From NCBI RefSeq assembly GCF_000940845.1, contig NZ_CP010341.1:840001-872000 (forward strand): a DNA stretch of 32,000 bases, given 5' to 3'. This document shows, piece after piece, positions 25,254-32,000 of the stretch. The translations under genes were made by a program, and so were the position numbers. Within the stretch, counting starts at the first letter, position 1, and each line of letters begins with the position of its first letter. This DNA comes from Propionibacterium freudenreichii subsp. freudenreichii. GTDB taxonomy: Bacteria > Actinomycetota > Actinomycetes > Propionibacteriales > Propionibacteriaceae. The notes below the pieces were generated by a model. It saw only the letters and a program-made list of their open reading frames with translations. It had not been told where the DNA came from and ran no database searches.

Positions 25254-26569
25254 GTCACGCCACCCATCCGGCACAGGTTGAGGAAGGCCGTATAGGTCGC
25301 GAGCACGTCGACCTGGCCGGGATAGTCGCCGTGCAGTGCCTCGGACAGGTCAGGGACGATCGAGTGCTCCACCTCGGCGTACGAAAGCCGCACCGCCAGG
25401 TCCTGGGCCCGCGGGCCGGTGCACACCACGTGCTTGCCCGCCAATTGCTCGAAGTCGACATCCCACAGCCAGCTCACGTCGGCGCCATCGGCGATGGCCG
25501 AGTCGATGGCCAGGATCACCGGATCGGAGTCCATGATGAGGATCGATTCGGCCCATCCGGCCGGGTTCTTGGCGAGCAGCAGGCGTGCCCGCGTCTCGCC
25601 GAAGGTGCCCACCGCGAAGCGGCCTGCGGGCGCCCGGACGCCGGCCATGGCGTCCAGGGCGATCTGCGGGTCGACGCCCATGATGATGGCCGCGGCGAAG
25701 GCGCAGGTGGCGTTGCCGCGGTTGAAGCGTCCGGGGACCTGCAGGTGCAGCGTCCAGTGCTGGCCCTGCGGGGTGGAGATGTCGTCGCCACGCACGGTGA
25801 AATCGGGCTGGTGCATCCGCAGCGGGCAGCCGGGGCAGTGCCAGTCGTCGGTCTGGTAGATGAGCACCGAACCGCAGTTCGGGCACAGCGCGGCATCCTG
25901 CGTCCAGCCGACCCCCATGTCGACCCACACGGCGCGGTGGGCGGCCTCCGCCGACCAGGTGACCAGGGGGTCATGGATGTTCGCCACGGCGACCGGACCA
26001 GCGGTGCCGGTGGCGATCAGGGCATCGCGCCACTTCTTGCCGAGTGACTTGATCTCATGGTGGCGGTCGAGCTGGTCGCGGCTGAAGTTCAGCATGATGA
26101 GCACTTCGGGATGGCCCTGGGTGATGAGCTCGGGCACCACCTGCTCATCGGTCTCCAGCACGGCTAGGGGTGCCGACATGTTCTGCGAGATCGCCGAGGC
26201 GATGCCCTCGCGGAGGTTGGCGCCGTCGGCATTGGTCACCACATTCTGGTCGCCCTTGACGGCGCGCAGGGCGGCGGTCAGCAGGTGCGTGGTGGTGGTC
26301 TTGCCGTTGGTGCCCGAGACGGCGGCGATGCGGCGCCCGGCGATCAGCTCGTCGAAGGCGGGCGGATAGAGCTTGGTGATCACCTGGCCCCGGATCGAGG
26401 TGCCGGTGCCGCGTCCGGCGGCCCGCGACGCCAACGCGGCCAGGTTGCCCAGCCCGATGGCGGCATCGCGCCAGACGCGACGTCCCAGTCCGGTGCCGAA
26501 CGGGAGGGCGTTGATGGGTTGGGCTCGTCCGGGTGCGGGCCTCGAGCTGTTCGACGGCATGGCCCCCAT
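25247..26569 (-). CDS. murT: lipid II isoglutaminyl synthase, Mur-ligase-like subunit (MurT)
   Basis: The P-loop VSGTNGKTTTT, Cys4 ribbon CPNCGSVLIYQTDDWHCPGC and C-terminal DUF1727-like region are the MurT hallmarks. Confidence 0.85.
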   Translation of the reverse strand: MGAMPSNSSRPAPGRAQPINALPFGTGLGRRVWRDAAIGLGNLAALASRAAGRGTGTSIRGQVITKLYPPAFDELIAGRRIAAVSGTNGKTTTTHLLTAALRAVKGDQNVVTNADGANLREGIASAISQNMSAPLAVLETDEQVVPELITQGHPEVLIMLNFSRDQLDRHHEIKSLGKKWRDALIATGTAGPVAVANIHDPLVTWSAEAAHRAVWVDMGVGWTQDAALCPNCGSVLIYQTDDWHCPGCPLRMHQPDFTVRGDDISTPQGQHWTLHLQVPGRFNRGNATCAFAAAIIMGVDPQIALDAMAGVRAPAGRFAVGTFGETRARLLLAKNPAGWAESILIMDSDPVILAIDSAIADGADVSWLWDVDFEQLAGKHVVCTGPRAQDLAVRLSYAEVEHSIVPDLSEALHGDYPGQVDVLATYTAFLNLCRMGGVTW

Positions 26570-26672
26570 TGTGGCAGCCCGTGCATAACGCCTTGCCGGG
26601 ATGGCGGTCAGCGTGTCGCCCGGTGGGCCGCGGCCGGGGCTCCCGGGGGTGACGGGGGATGTGGCCGGGTGC

Positions 26673-27488
26673 TCAGGCGGTGAGTGCTGCCCGCAGCGTG
26701 TCCTGGGCGTCGTCGTCCATGCCCAGGCCGTCGCGGAAATAGCCGGTGATGGAGCCGAACCGCGAGGTCATCTCGGTGAGCGCGGTCTGCAGGTACTTGG
26801 GGTCGACGCCCAGTACGGGGGTGAGCGTCGAGGGGTCGCCGCCGCCGCCGGTGAACTTCTTGATCATGGCCGCGGCGCTGCGTGGCAGGTACTGGTTCGT
26901 CAGTTCGTAGTCGTGGAAGACGTCCGCCTCGTCGACGCCCAGGAGCAGCAGCAGTGCGGCCGCGGCCCAGCCGGTGCGGTCCTTGCCGGAGGTGCAGTGG
27001 AACAGGGCCGGGCGGTTCGCCGGGTCGGCAATGTCGGTGAAGAAGGACCGGTAGGCGCGCAGGGCGCTGTCGGACGAGACGATCTGGCGGTAGGTCTCGT
27101 CGAAGATGGCTGCGGTCTGGTCGCCGGCGAGCAGCTGCGAGGCACGCAGGGGGTCCTTGATGGCCTCGAGCATCTCGTCGGGGGCCGCACTGGCGGCGTC
27201 GGCCAGCACGTCGGCGAGCACCACGTGCATGCCGTCGGGCACCACGTCGGATTGGGCGGTGCGTTCCACCTCGGTGCGGAAGTCGAAGATCGTGCGGATG
27301 TCGCGGCGCTGCAGGGCGTCGGCATCGGCGGGGGACAGGCGGCTCAGCGCCGCCGAGCGGTAGAGCACGCCGGTGCGCACCCGGCCGCCGCCGGCGATCG
27401 GGTAGCCGCCGATGTCGCGCAGGTTGGGCAGCGACTCGAGCTCGATGTGGGCTCCCGGTGCGGGTTGGCTGGCAGGGTTCGCGGTCAC
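26673..27488 (-). CDS. protein tyrosine/serine phosphatase (Y_phosphatase3-like)
   Basis: GTG start. CX5R active site HCTSGKDRTGW and N-terminal NLRDIGGY, both typical of this family. Confidence 0.8.
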   Translation of the reverse strand: MTANPASQPAPGAHIELESLPNLRDIGGYPIAGGGRVRTGVLYRSAALSRLSPADADALQRRDIRTIFDFRTEVERTAQSDVVPDGMHVVLADVLADAASAAPDEMLEAIKDPLRASQLLAGDQTAAIFDETYRQIVSSDSALRAYRSFFTDIADPANRPALFHCTSGKDRTGWAAAALLLLLGVDEADVFHDYELTNQYLPRSAAAMIKKFTGGGGDPSTLTPVLGVDPKYLQTALTEMTSRFGSITGYFRDGLGMDDDAQDTLRAALTA

Positions 27489-27558
27489 GGGGCGACGCTA
27501 CCAAGCCGACCCCCGGGTTCGTCCGGAAGATTGGGGGCGCCGCTCAGGGCGGGCCGGC

Positions 27559-29913
27559 TCAGGACCCCAGGTACTCGGCGAGGTAGCGGGCGGTGGGCCC
27601 GGAACCGGTGGCGGCCAGGTCAGCCGGATGGCCCTCGAAGGTGACCTGGCCGCCCTGGTTGCCGGCCCCGGGGCCCATGTCGATGATCCAGTCGGCGTGG
27701 GCCATCACGGCCAGGTCGTGCTCCACCACGATCAGGGAGTGCCCCTGGTTCACGAGCTTGTCGAGCAGCGCGAGCAGTTGCTCCACATCGGCCGGATGCA
27801 GTCCGGCAGTGGGTTCGTCGAGCACCTGGATGCCGCCCCTGGCCCCCAGCTGGATGGCCAGCTTGAGTCGTTGGCGCTCTCCGCCAGACAGGGTCGTGAG
27901 CGGCTGGCCGAGCGACAGGTAGCCCAGCCCGACGTCGATCATGCGTCCCACGATCTTCTGGGCGGCGGCGATCTTGGCCGGTCCGGCGCCGAAGTAGTCG
28001 CGCGCCTCGTCGAACGGCAGGGCGAGCACCTGGGAGATGTCGAGGCCGGCCAGCTTGTAGAGCAGCACGCCCGGCTCGAAGCGCTTGCCCTCACAGACCT
28101 CGCAGACGCTGGAGACCCCACCCATCATCGCCAGATCGGTGTAGACCACACCGGCACCGTGGCAGTTCGGGCAGGCTCCCTCGGAGTTGGAGCTGAACAG
28201 CGCCGGCTTGACGCCGTTGGCCTTGGCGAAGGCCTTGCGCACCGGGTCGAGCAGTCCGGTGTAGGTGGCGGGGTTGGAGCGGCGTGAGCTCTTGACCTGC
28301 GTCTGGTCGATGTAGACCGCCTCGGCGTCGGCGGGCAGTGATTCCTGCACCAGCGAGCTCTTGCCGGAGCCGGCGACGCCGGTGACCACGCAGAGCACTC
28401 CCAGCGGGATGTCGACGCTCACATCGCGCAGGTTGTGCAGGCTGGCGTGGCGGATCGGCAGGGTTCCGGTGGGGGTGCGCCAGGCCTGCTTGGCCGCAAC
28501 GCGGTCGTCCAGGTGGCGGCCGGTCAGGGTGTCGGACGCCCGCAGCCCGGCCAGGTCACCCTGGCAGCAGAGTTCGCCGCCGTGGGACCCGGCGCCGGGT
28601 CCGAGGTCGACGATGTGGTCGGCGATGCGGATTGTCTCTGGTTCGTGCTCCACCACCAGCACCGTGTTGCCCTTGTCGCGCAGCTGCAACAGCATCTGGT
28701 TCATGCGGTGCACGTCGGCGGGGTGCAGGCCGGCGGTGGGCTCGTCGAACACATAGGTGATATCGGTCAGTGGCGAGCCGATGTTGCGGATGAGCTTGAC
28801 GCGCTGTGATTCGCCGCCCGACAGGGTGCCCGACGCCCGATTCAGGCTCAGGTAGCCCAGGCCGATGTCGTCGAAGGCGGTGAGGATCGCGCGCAGGGTG
28901 GTGACCAGCGGGCCCAGTCCCGGCAGCTCGAGGCCACCGAGCCAGTCGGCCAATTCGGTGACCTGCAGGGCATTCGCGTCGGCGATCGACAGGCCGTCGA
29001 TCTTCGACGAGCGGGCTTCGGCAGACAGTCGCGTGCCGTCGCAGTCGGGGCAGGTGGCGAAGGTGACCGCCTTGTCGACGAAGGCCCGGATATGTGGCTG
29101 CATCTGTTCGGGGTCCTTGGACAACATCGATTTCTGAAGGCGCGGCACGAGGCCCTCGTAGGTCATATTGATGCCGGCGATCTTGCGGCGTTCCGGCTCG
29201 TGGTAGAGGAAGTCGTTCAGTTCCTTCTTGGTGAACTGCTTGATGGGCTTGTCGGGGCTGTACATGCCCGATTCGGCGTAGATGCGGTAGTTCCAGCCGC
29301 CGGCCTTGTATCCGGGGGCCAGCATGGCGCCCTGGGACAGTGACAGGTCCTCGTCGTAGAGCTCGGCCAGCTTGAATTCGGAGATGGTGCCGCGTCCCTC
29401 GCAGCGGGGGCACATGCCGCCGACCACGTTGAAGGAGCGCTTCACGGCCTGGGCTTGTCCGGTGGTTCCCTTCTTGACGGTCATCGTGCCGCCGCCGCGC
29501 ATCGTGGCCACGTTGAACGAGAACGCCTTGGGTGAGCCGATGTGGGGGCTGCCGGCGCGGCTGAAGAGCACCCGCAGGAAGGCGTCGGCGTCGGTGACGG
29601 TGCCGACGGTGGAGCGCGGGTTGGCGCCGAGTTGCGCCTGGTCCACCACGATCGCGGTGGTGAGGCCCGACAGGAGGTCGACGTCCGGACGGCCCAGGGT
29701 GGGCATGAATCCCTGCAGGAAGGCGCTGTAGGTCTCGTCGATGAGGCGACGCGATTCCGAGGCGATGGTGTCGAACACCAGGGAGCTCTTGCCCGATCCC
29801 GAGACCCCGGTGAACACAGTGAGCTTGCGCTTGGGGATCTCCAGCGTGATGTTCTTCAGGTTGTTCTCGCGGGCGCCCTGCACCCGGATCATGTCGTGTG
29901 GAGCTGAGGCCAT
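27559..29913 (-). CDS. UvrA-like ABC ATPase paralog (short, class II UvrA type)
   Basis: 784 aa. Two ABC modules with Walker A GVSGSGKSS and GVAGSGKSS, signatures LSGGESQR and LSGGERQR, and Zn modules CPRCEGRG, CPDCDGTR and CPNCHGAG...CEVCEG. It is about 150-200 aa shorter than canonical UvrA. Confidence 0.88.
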   Translation of the reverse strand: MASAPHDMIRVQGARENNLKNITLEIPKRKLTVFTGVSGSGKSSLVFDTIASESRRLIDETYSAFLQGFMPTLGRPDVDLLSGLTTAIVVDQAQLGANPRSTVGTVTDADAFLRVLFSRAGSPHIGSPKAFSFNVATMRGGGTMTVKKGTTGQAQAVKRSFNVVGGMCPRCEGRGTISEFKLAELYDEDLSLSQGAMLAPGYKAGGWNYRIYAESGMYSPDKPIKQFTKKELNDFLYHEPERRKIAGINMTYEGLVPRLQKSMLSKDPEQMQPHIRAFVDKAVTFATCPDCDGTRLSAEARSSKIDGLSIADANALQVTELADWLGGLELPGLGPLVTTLRAILTAFDDIGLGYLSLNRASGTLSGGESQRVKLIRNIGSPLTDITYVFDEPTAGLHPADVHRMNQMLLQLRDKGNTVLVVEHEPETIRIADHIVDLGPGAGSHGGELCCQGDLAGLRASDTLTGRHLDDRVAAKQAWRTPTGTLPIRHASLHNLRDVSVDIPLGVLCVVTGVAGSGKSSLVQESLPADAEAVYIDQTQVKSSRRSNPATYTGLLDPVRKAFAKANGVKPALFSSNSEGACPNCHGAGVVYTDLAMMGGVSSVCEVCEGKRFEPGVLLYKLAGLDISQVLALPFDEARDYFGAGPAKIAAAQKIVGRMIDVGLGYLSLGQPLTTLSGGERQRLKLAIQLGARGGIQVLDEPTAGLHPADVEQLLALLDKLVNQGHSLIVVEHDLAVMAHADWIIDMGPGAGNQGGQVTFEGHPADLAATGSGPTARYLAEYLGS

Positions 29914-29966
29914 GGGAAGAAGTGTATGGAGCGGGATGCGGGGATGGGTCTGTCCATACTGGTGAC

Positions 29967-30473
29967 ATGGACAACGTGGACGATGGCGCGCTCACGAGCA
30001 CCGATGCCGTCGGGTTGGCGCGCGAGGTAGCGACGCGGGCCCATGCCGGCCAGGTGGACAAGGCGGGGGAGCCCTACATCGGTCACCCACGGCGGGTGGC
30101 GCGGCGTGCCGGCGAACTGGCTGGCGGGCGGGGGTCGGGGTTCCGCGATGCGGCGGAGGCGGTCGGCTGGCTGCACGACGTGGTGGAGGACACCGAGCTG
30201 GATGGCCCAGACCTTCGTCGGCTCGGGTTCAGCGACGAGGTTGTGGCGGCGGTGTTGGCGCTGACGCGCAGGGTGGGGGAGCCCGAGCCCGATTATGCGG
30301 CGCGGGTTGCCGCGAATGAGCTCGCGATGGTCGTGAAGCGCGCAGACCTGGCCGATAACACCGACCCGGCTCGCACGGCGTTGCTCGATGAGGAGACCCG
30401 GGTGCGGTTGGCGGAGAAGTATCGGGTGTTTCGGGGGTTGTTGGATGCGGCCTTGTTCGAAGCGGGTGAGTGA
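29967..30473 (+). CDS. HD-domain phosphohydrolase, (p)ppGpp-hydrolase-like
   Basis: HAGQVDKAGEPYIGHPRRVA and WLHDVVEDT are the His...HD...D metal-binding motifs of the RelA/SpoT-type HD domain. ATG29967 is preferred over the ORF-track start at 29898, which would overlap the divergent uvrA-like start. Confidence 0.7.
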   Translation: MDNVDDGALTSTDAVGLAREVATRAHAGQVDKAGEPYIGHPRRVARRAGELAGGRGSGFRDAAEAVGWLHDVVEDTELDGPDLRRLGFSDEVVAAVLALTRRVGEPEPDYAARVAANELAMVVKRADLADNTDPARTALLDEETRVRLAEKYRVFRGLLDAALFEAGE

Positions 30474-30694
30474 GTCGGCCTGCTATGCGTCGTCGCTGTC
30501 GGCCTTGGAGGGCCAGTTGATCGCAGTGCTTCTTGAGATGCCCGCCGCCGCGACCGGCACACCGTTGCGGGTGGCGGCTACCAACTCCTGCTTAAGTGTC
30601 CTTCCTCGGGAGGTTGTGAACGGTTCGGGTCGTAAGGGAAGACCTCCGGGCAGGATGTGGGTTACCACACTCAATCCTGACCACGGAGGCCTTC

Positions 30695-30965
30695 ATGACT
30701 CACGCTAACGCACCCTTGACTCCTGCGGGCCGTCGCCGGTTGGCGATCGTGGTCGTCGAAGCGGGATGGTCACTGCGCCGGGCTGCGGAACGGTTTCAGG
30801 TATTAGTGGGCGCCGCGAAACGGTAGGCCGATCGTTACCTGAACGGTGAATCTTTGACTGGCCTGTCGGCGCCTCTGGCGAGTTGTCCATGACGCCCGGA
30901 ACGGGCCACGGAGTATGTTCCGCGTTCTCCGACCACATACCCAACTGCGCGGGCAAGAACACCTA
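30695..30965 (+). pseudogene. decayed N-terminal remnant of an IS481-family transposase
   Basis: GGAGG, then ATG30695. MTHANAPLTPAGRRRLAIVVVEAGWSLRRAAERFQV..GAAKR resembles the conserved IS481 HTH N-terminus. There are in-frame TAG at 30824 (where Trp is expected before ADRY) and TGA at 30890. No DDE core follows. Confidence 0.55.
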
Positions 30966-31004
30966 GGGGTCGCCCCATCTCGGCGGAGGGTGCTTTGCTG
31001 CGAA

Positions 31005-31033
31005 CACACAAAAACGGCCCCCGCAGGGACCGT
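31005..31033 (-). terminator. intrinsic terminator downstream of tRNA-His
   Basis: Minus strand reads ACGGTCCCTGCGGGGGCCGT (7 of 8 stem pairs) followed by TTTTTGTGTG, starting 14 nt after the tRNA 3' end. Confidence 0.55.
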
Positions 31034-31047
31034 CCTCGTGTCATAGG

Positions 31048-31124
31048 TGGGGTGGATGACGAGACTTGAACTCGCGACCACCTGGACCACAACCAGGGGC
31101 TCTACCAGCTGAGCTACATCCACC
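31048..31124 (-). tRNA. tRNA-His (anticodon GTG) with encoded G-1 and CCA
   Basis: G-1 + acceptor GTGGATG/CATCCAC, D arm GCTC-AGCTGGTA-GAGC, anticodon arm CCTGG-TTGTGGT-CCAGG, T arm GCGAG-TTCAAGT-CTCGT, then C-CCA. Confidence 0.92.
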
Positions 31125-31151
31125 ATCGCTGCCCCGTGGGGCAGCTGTTGT

Positions 31152-31180
31152 ATGTTAGCGGACCTTCAATGGTCACCCAA
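31152..31180 (-). promoter_or_regulatory. candidate promoter for tRNA-His
   Basis: Minus strand reads TTGGGT (31180-31175), a 17-nt spacer, then TAACAT (31157-31152), located between the orn stop and the tRNA. Confidence 0.4.
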
Positions 31181-31198
31181 AATCGGCGACCCTCCGAG

Positions 31199-31879
31199 TC
31201 AGTCCTTGGAAGCCGAACCGGTGTCGGGCTCGCCGGCGAAATCGGCCTCGGGCGGCTCGTCGGGGTCCGAGAATCCGGTGAGGCTGCCCTGGTACTTGTG
31301 GGCGAGCGCACGTGCCTCGGACGCCGTGGGGCCGGGCTCGGGAACCATGATCGCGGCGCGGAAGTACTTCAACTCCTCGATCGATTCCTGGATGTCGGCC
31401 AGCGCACGATGGTTGCCGTGCTTGTCGGGGGCCTGGTAGTAGGTGCGCGGGTACCAGCGCTTGGCGAGCTCCTTGATCGAGCTCACGTCCACATTGCGGT
31501 AGTGCACCCAGGCCTCGAGCTCGGGCATGTCCTTGGCCAGGAAGGTGCGGTCGGTGCCGATCGTGTTGCCGGCCAGCGGCGCCTTGCGCTCGGTGGGCAC
31601 GTACTTCTTGATGTAGGCGAGCACCTGCTCCTCGGCCTCGCGCATCGTCGTCTTCACGTTCTTCAGCTCCGCGAGCAGACCCGACTTGGTGTGCATCTCG
31701 GTCACGAACTCACCCATATGGTCGAGGGCGTGTTTGCTGGGCTGGACGAGCACATCAATGCCATCGCCCTGCACATTGAGTTCGCCGTCTGTGACCAGAC
31801 AGGCAACCTCAATCAGTTCGTCGTTGGCAAGGTCAAGCCCCGTCATTTCGCAGTCGATCCACACGAGCATGTCTTTCAT
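31199..31879 (-). CDS. orn: oligoribonuclease
   Basis: DEDDh motifs LVWIDCEMTGL, GNTIGTDRTFL and HRALADIQESIEEL. ATG31879 (MKDMLVWID) is preferred over the TTG31888 of the ORF track. Confidence 0.9.
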   Translation of the reverse strand: MKDMLVWIDCEMTGLDLANDELIEVACLVTDGELNVQGDGIDVLVQPSKHALDHMGEFVTEMHTKSGLLAELKNVKTTMREAEEQVLAYIKKYVPTERKAPLAGNTIGTDRTFLAKDMPELEAWVHYRNVDVSSIKELAKRWYPRTYYQAPDKHGNHRALADIQESIEELKYFRAAIMVPEPGPTASEARALAHKYQGSLTGFSDPDEPPEADFAGEPDTGSASKD

Positions 31880-31890
31880 AACGCACAACT

Positions 31891-32000
31891 CTAGCCCCGG
31901 GTCGACGCGTCACCCGACGGTTCGGGTCCCGGGCCACCGCCAGCACCCACCGTCACCTCGGCCTCGTCGGGCACCACCTCACGCGGCACATAGCGGGCCA
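31891..32000 (-). CDS. 3' end of an unidentified CDS running off the window
   Basis: Hand translation gives ...ARYVPREVVPDEAEVTVGAGGGPGPEPSGDASTRG, ending at TAG (31893-31891). 27 of 35 third codon positions are G/C. No function is assignable from 35 residues. Confidence 0.3.
   Translation of the reverse strand, partial: ARYVPREVVPDEAEVTVGAGGGPGPEPSGDASTRG

Noticed and set aside
24267-25295. 342-aa plus ORF
   Set aside because: It starts inside tRNA-Lys, runs through the 43-bp palindrome and is antisense to gatD, so it is not credible as a gene.
29898-29966. Longer start for the HD-domain gene
   Set aside because: It would overlap the divergent UvrA-paralog start codon. It also adds 23 residues (MELRPWEEVYGAGCGDGSVHTGD) with no similarity to the HD family. 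ATG29967 is preferred.

Overview
High-GC actinobacterial chromosomal segment, densely coding, with many 4-8 nt start/stop overlaps. From memory, the MutA and MutB proteins (9985-11901, 7802-9988) match Propionibacterium freudenreichii subsp. shermanii methylmalonyl-CoA mutase; I cannot run a search to confirm. Left to right: clpS and a DUF2017-like gene, murI, then a tight rph-rdgB-thyA-folA-dinB run. Next comes the minus-strand mutA-mutB-meaB operon and an 834-bp divergent intergenic region with a cobalamin-riboswitch-like element. That element precedes cbiL-cbiF, a CbiE/CbiG/CbiH triple fusion and a CbiX/SirC fusion, which converge on cbiJ-cbiT-cbiC-cbiD with an araD-like gene overlapping cbiJ. 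Together these encode every step of the early-cobalt-insertion corrin route from precorrin-2 to cobyrinic acid. The right third holds tRNA-Leu, bcp, a DUF3618/GroES-like pair, tRNA-Lys, murT-gatD, a Tyr-phosphatase, a short UvrA paralog divergent from an HD-domain gene, a decayed IS481-type transposase remnant, tRNA-His and orn. I found no CRISPR array, defence island, prophage or intact mobile element, and no convincing unknown multi-gene system. The most unusual items are the two multi-domain B12 fusions, the riboswitch and structured mutA leader, a periodic motif in the cbiT-cbiC spacer, a tandem repeat with a 40-bp perfect palindrome after dinB, and the IS remnant near tRNA-His. All calls come from reading the sequence and ORF translations by eye; RNA-feature coordinates may be off by a few nt.
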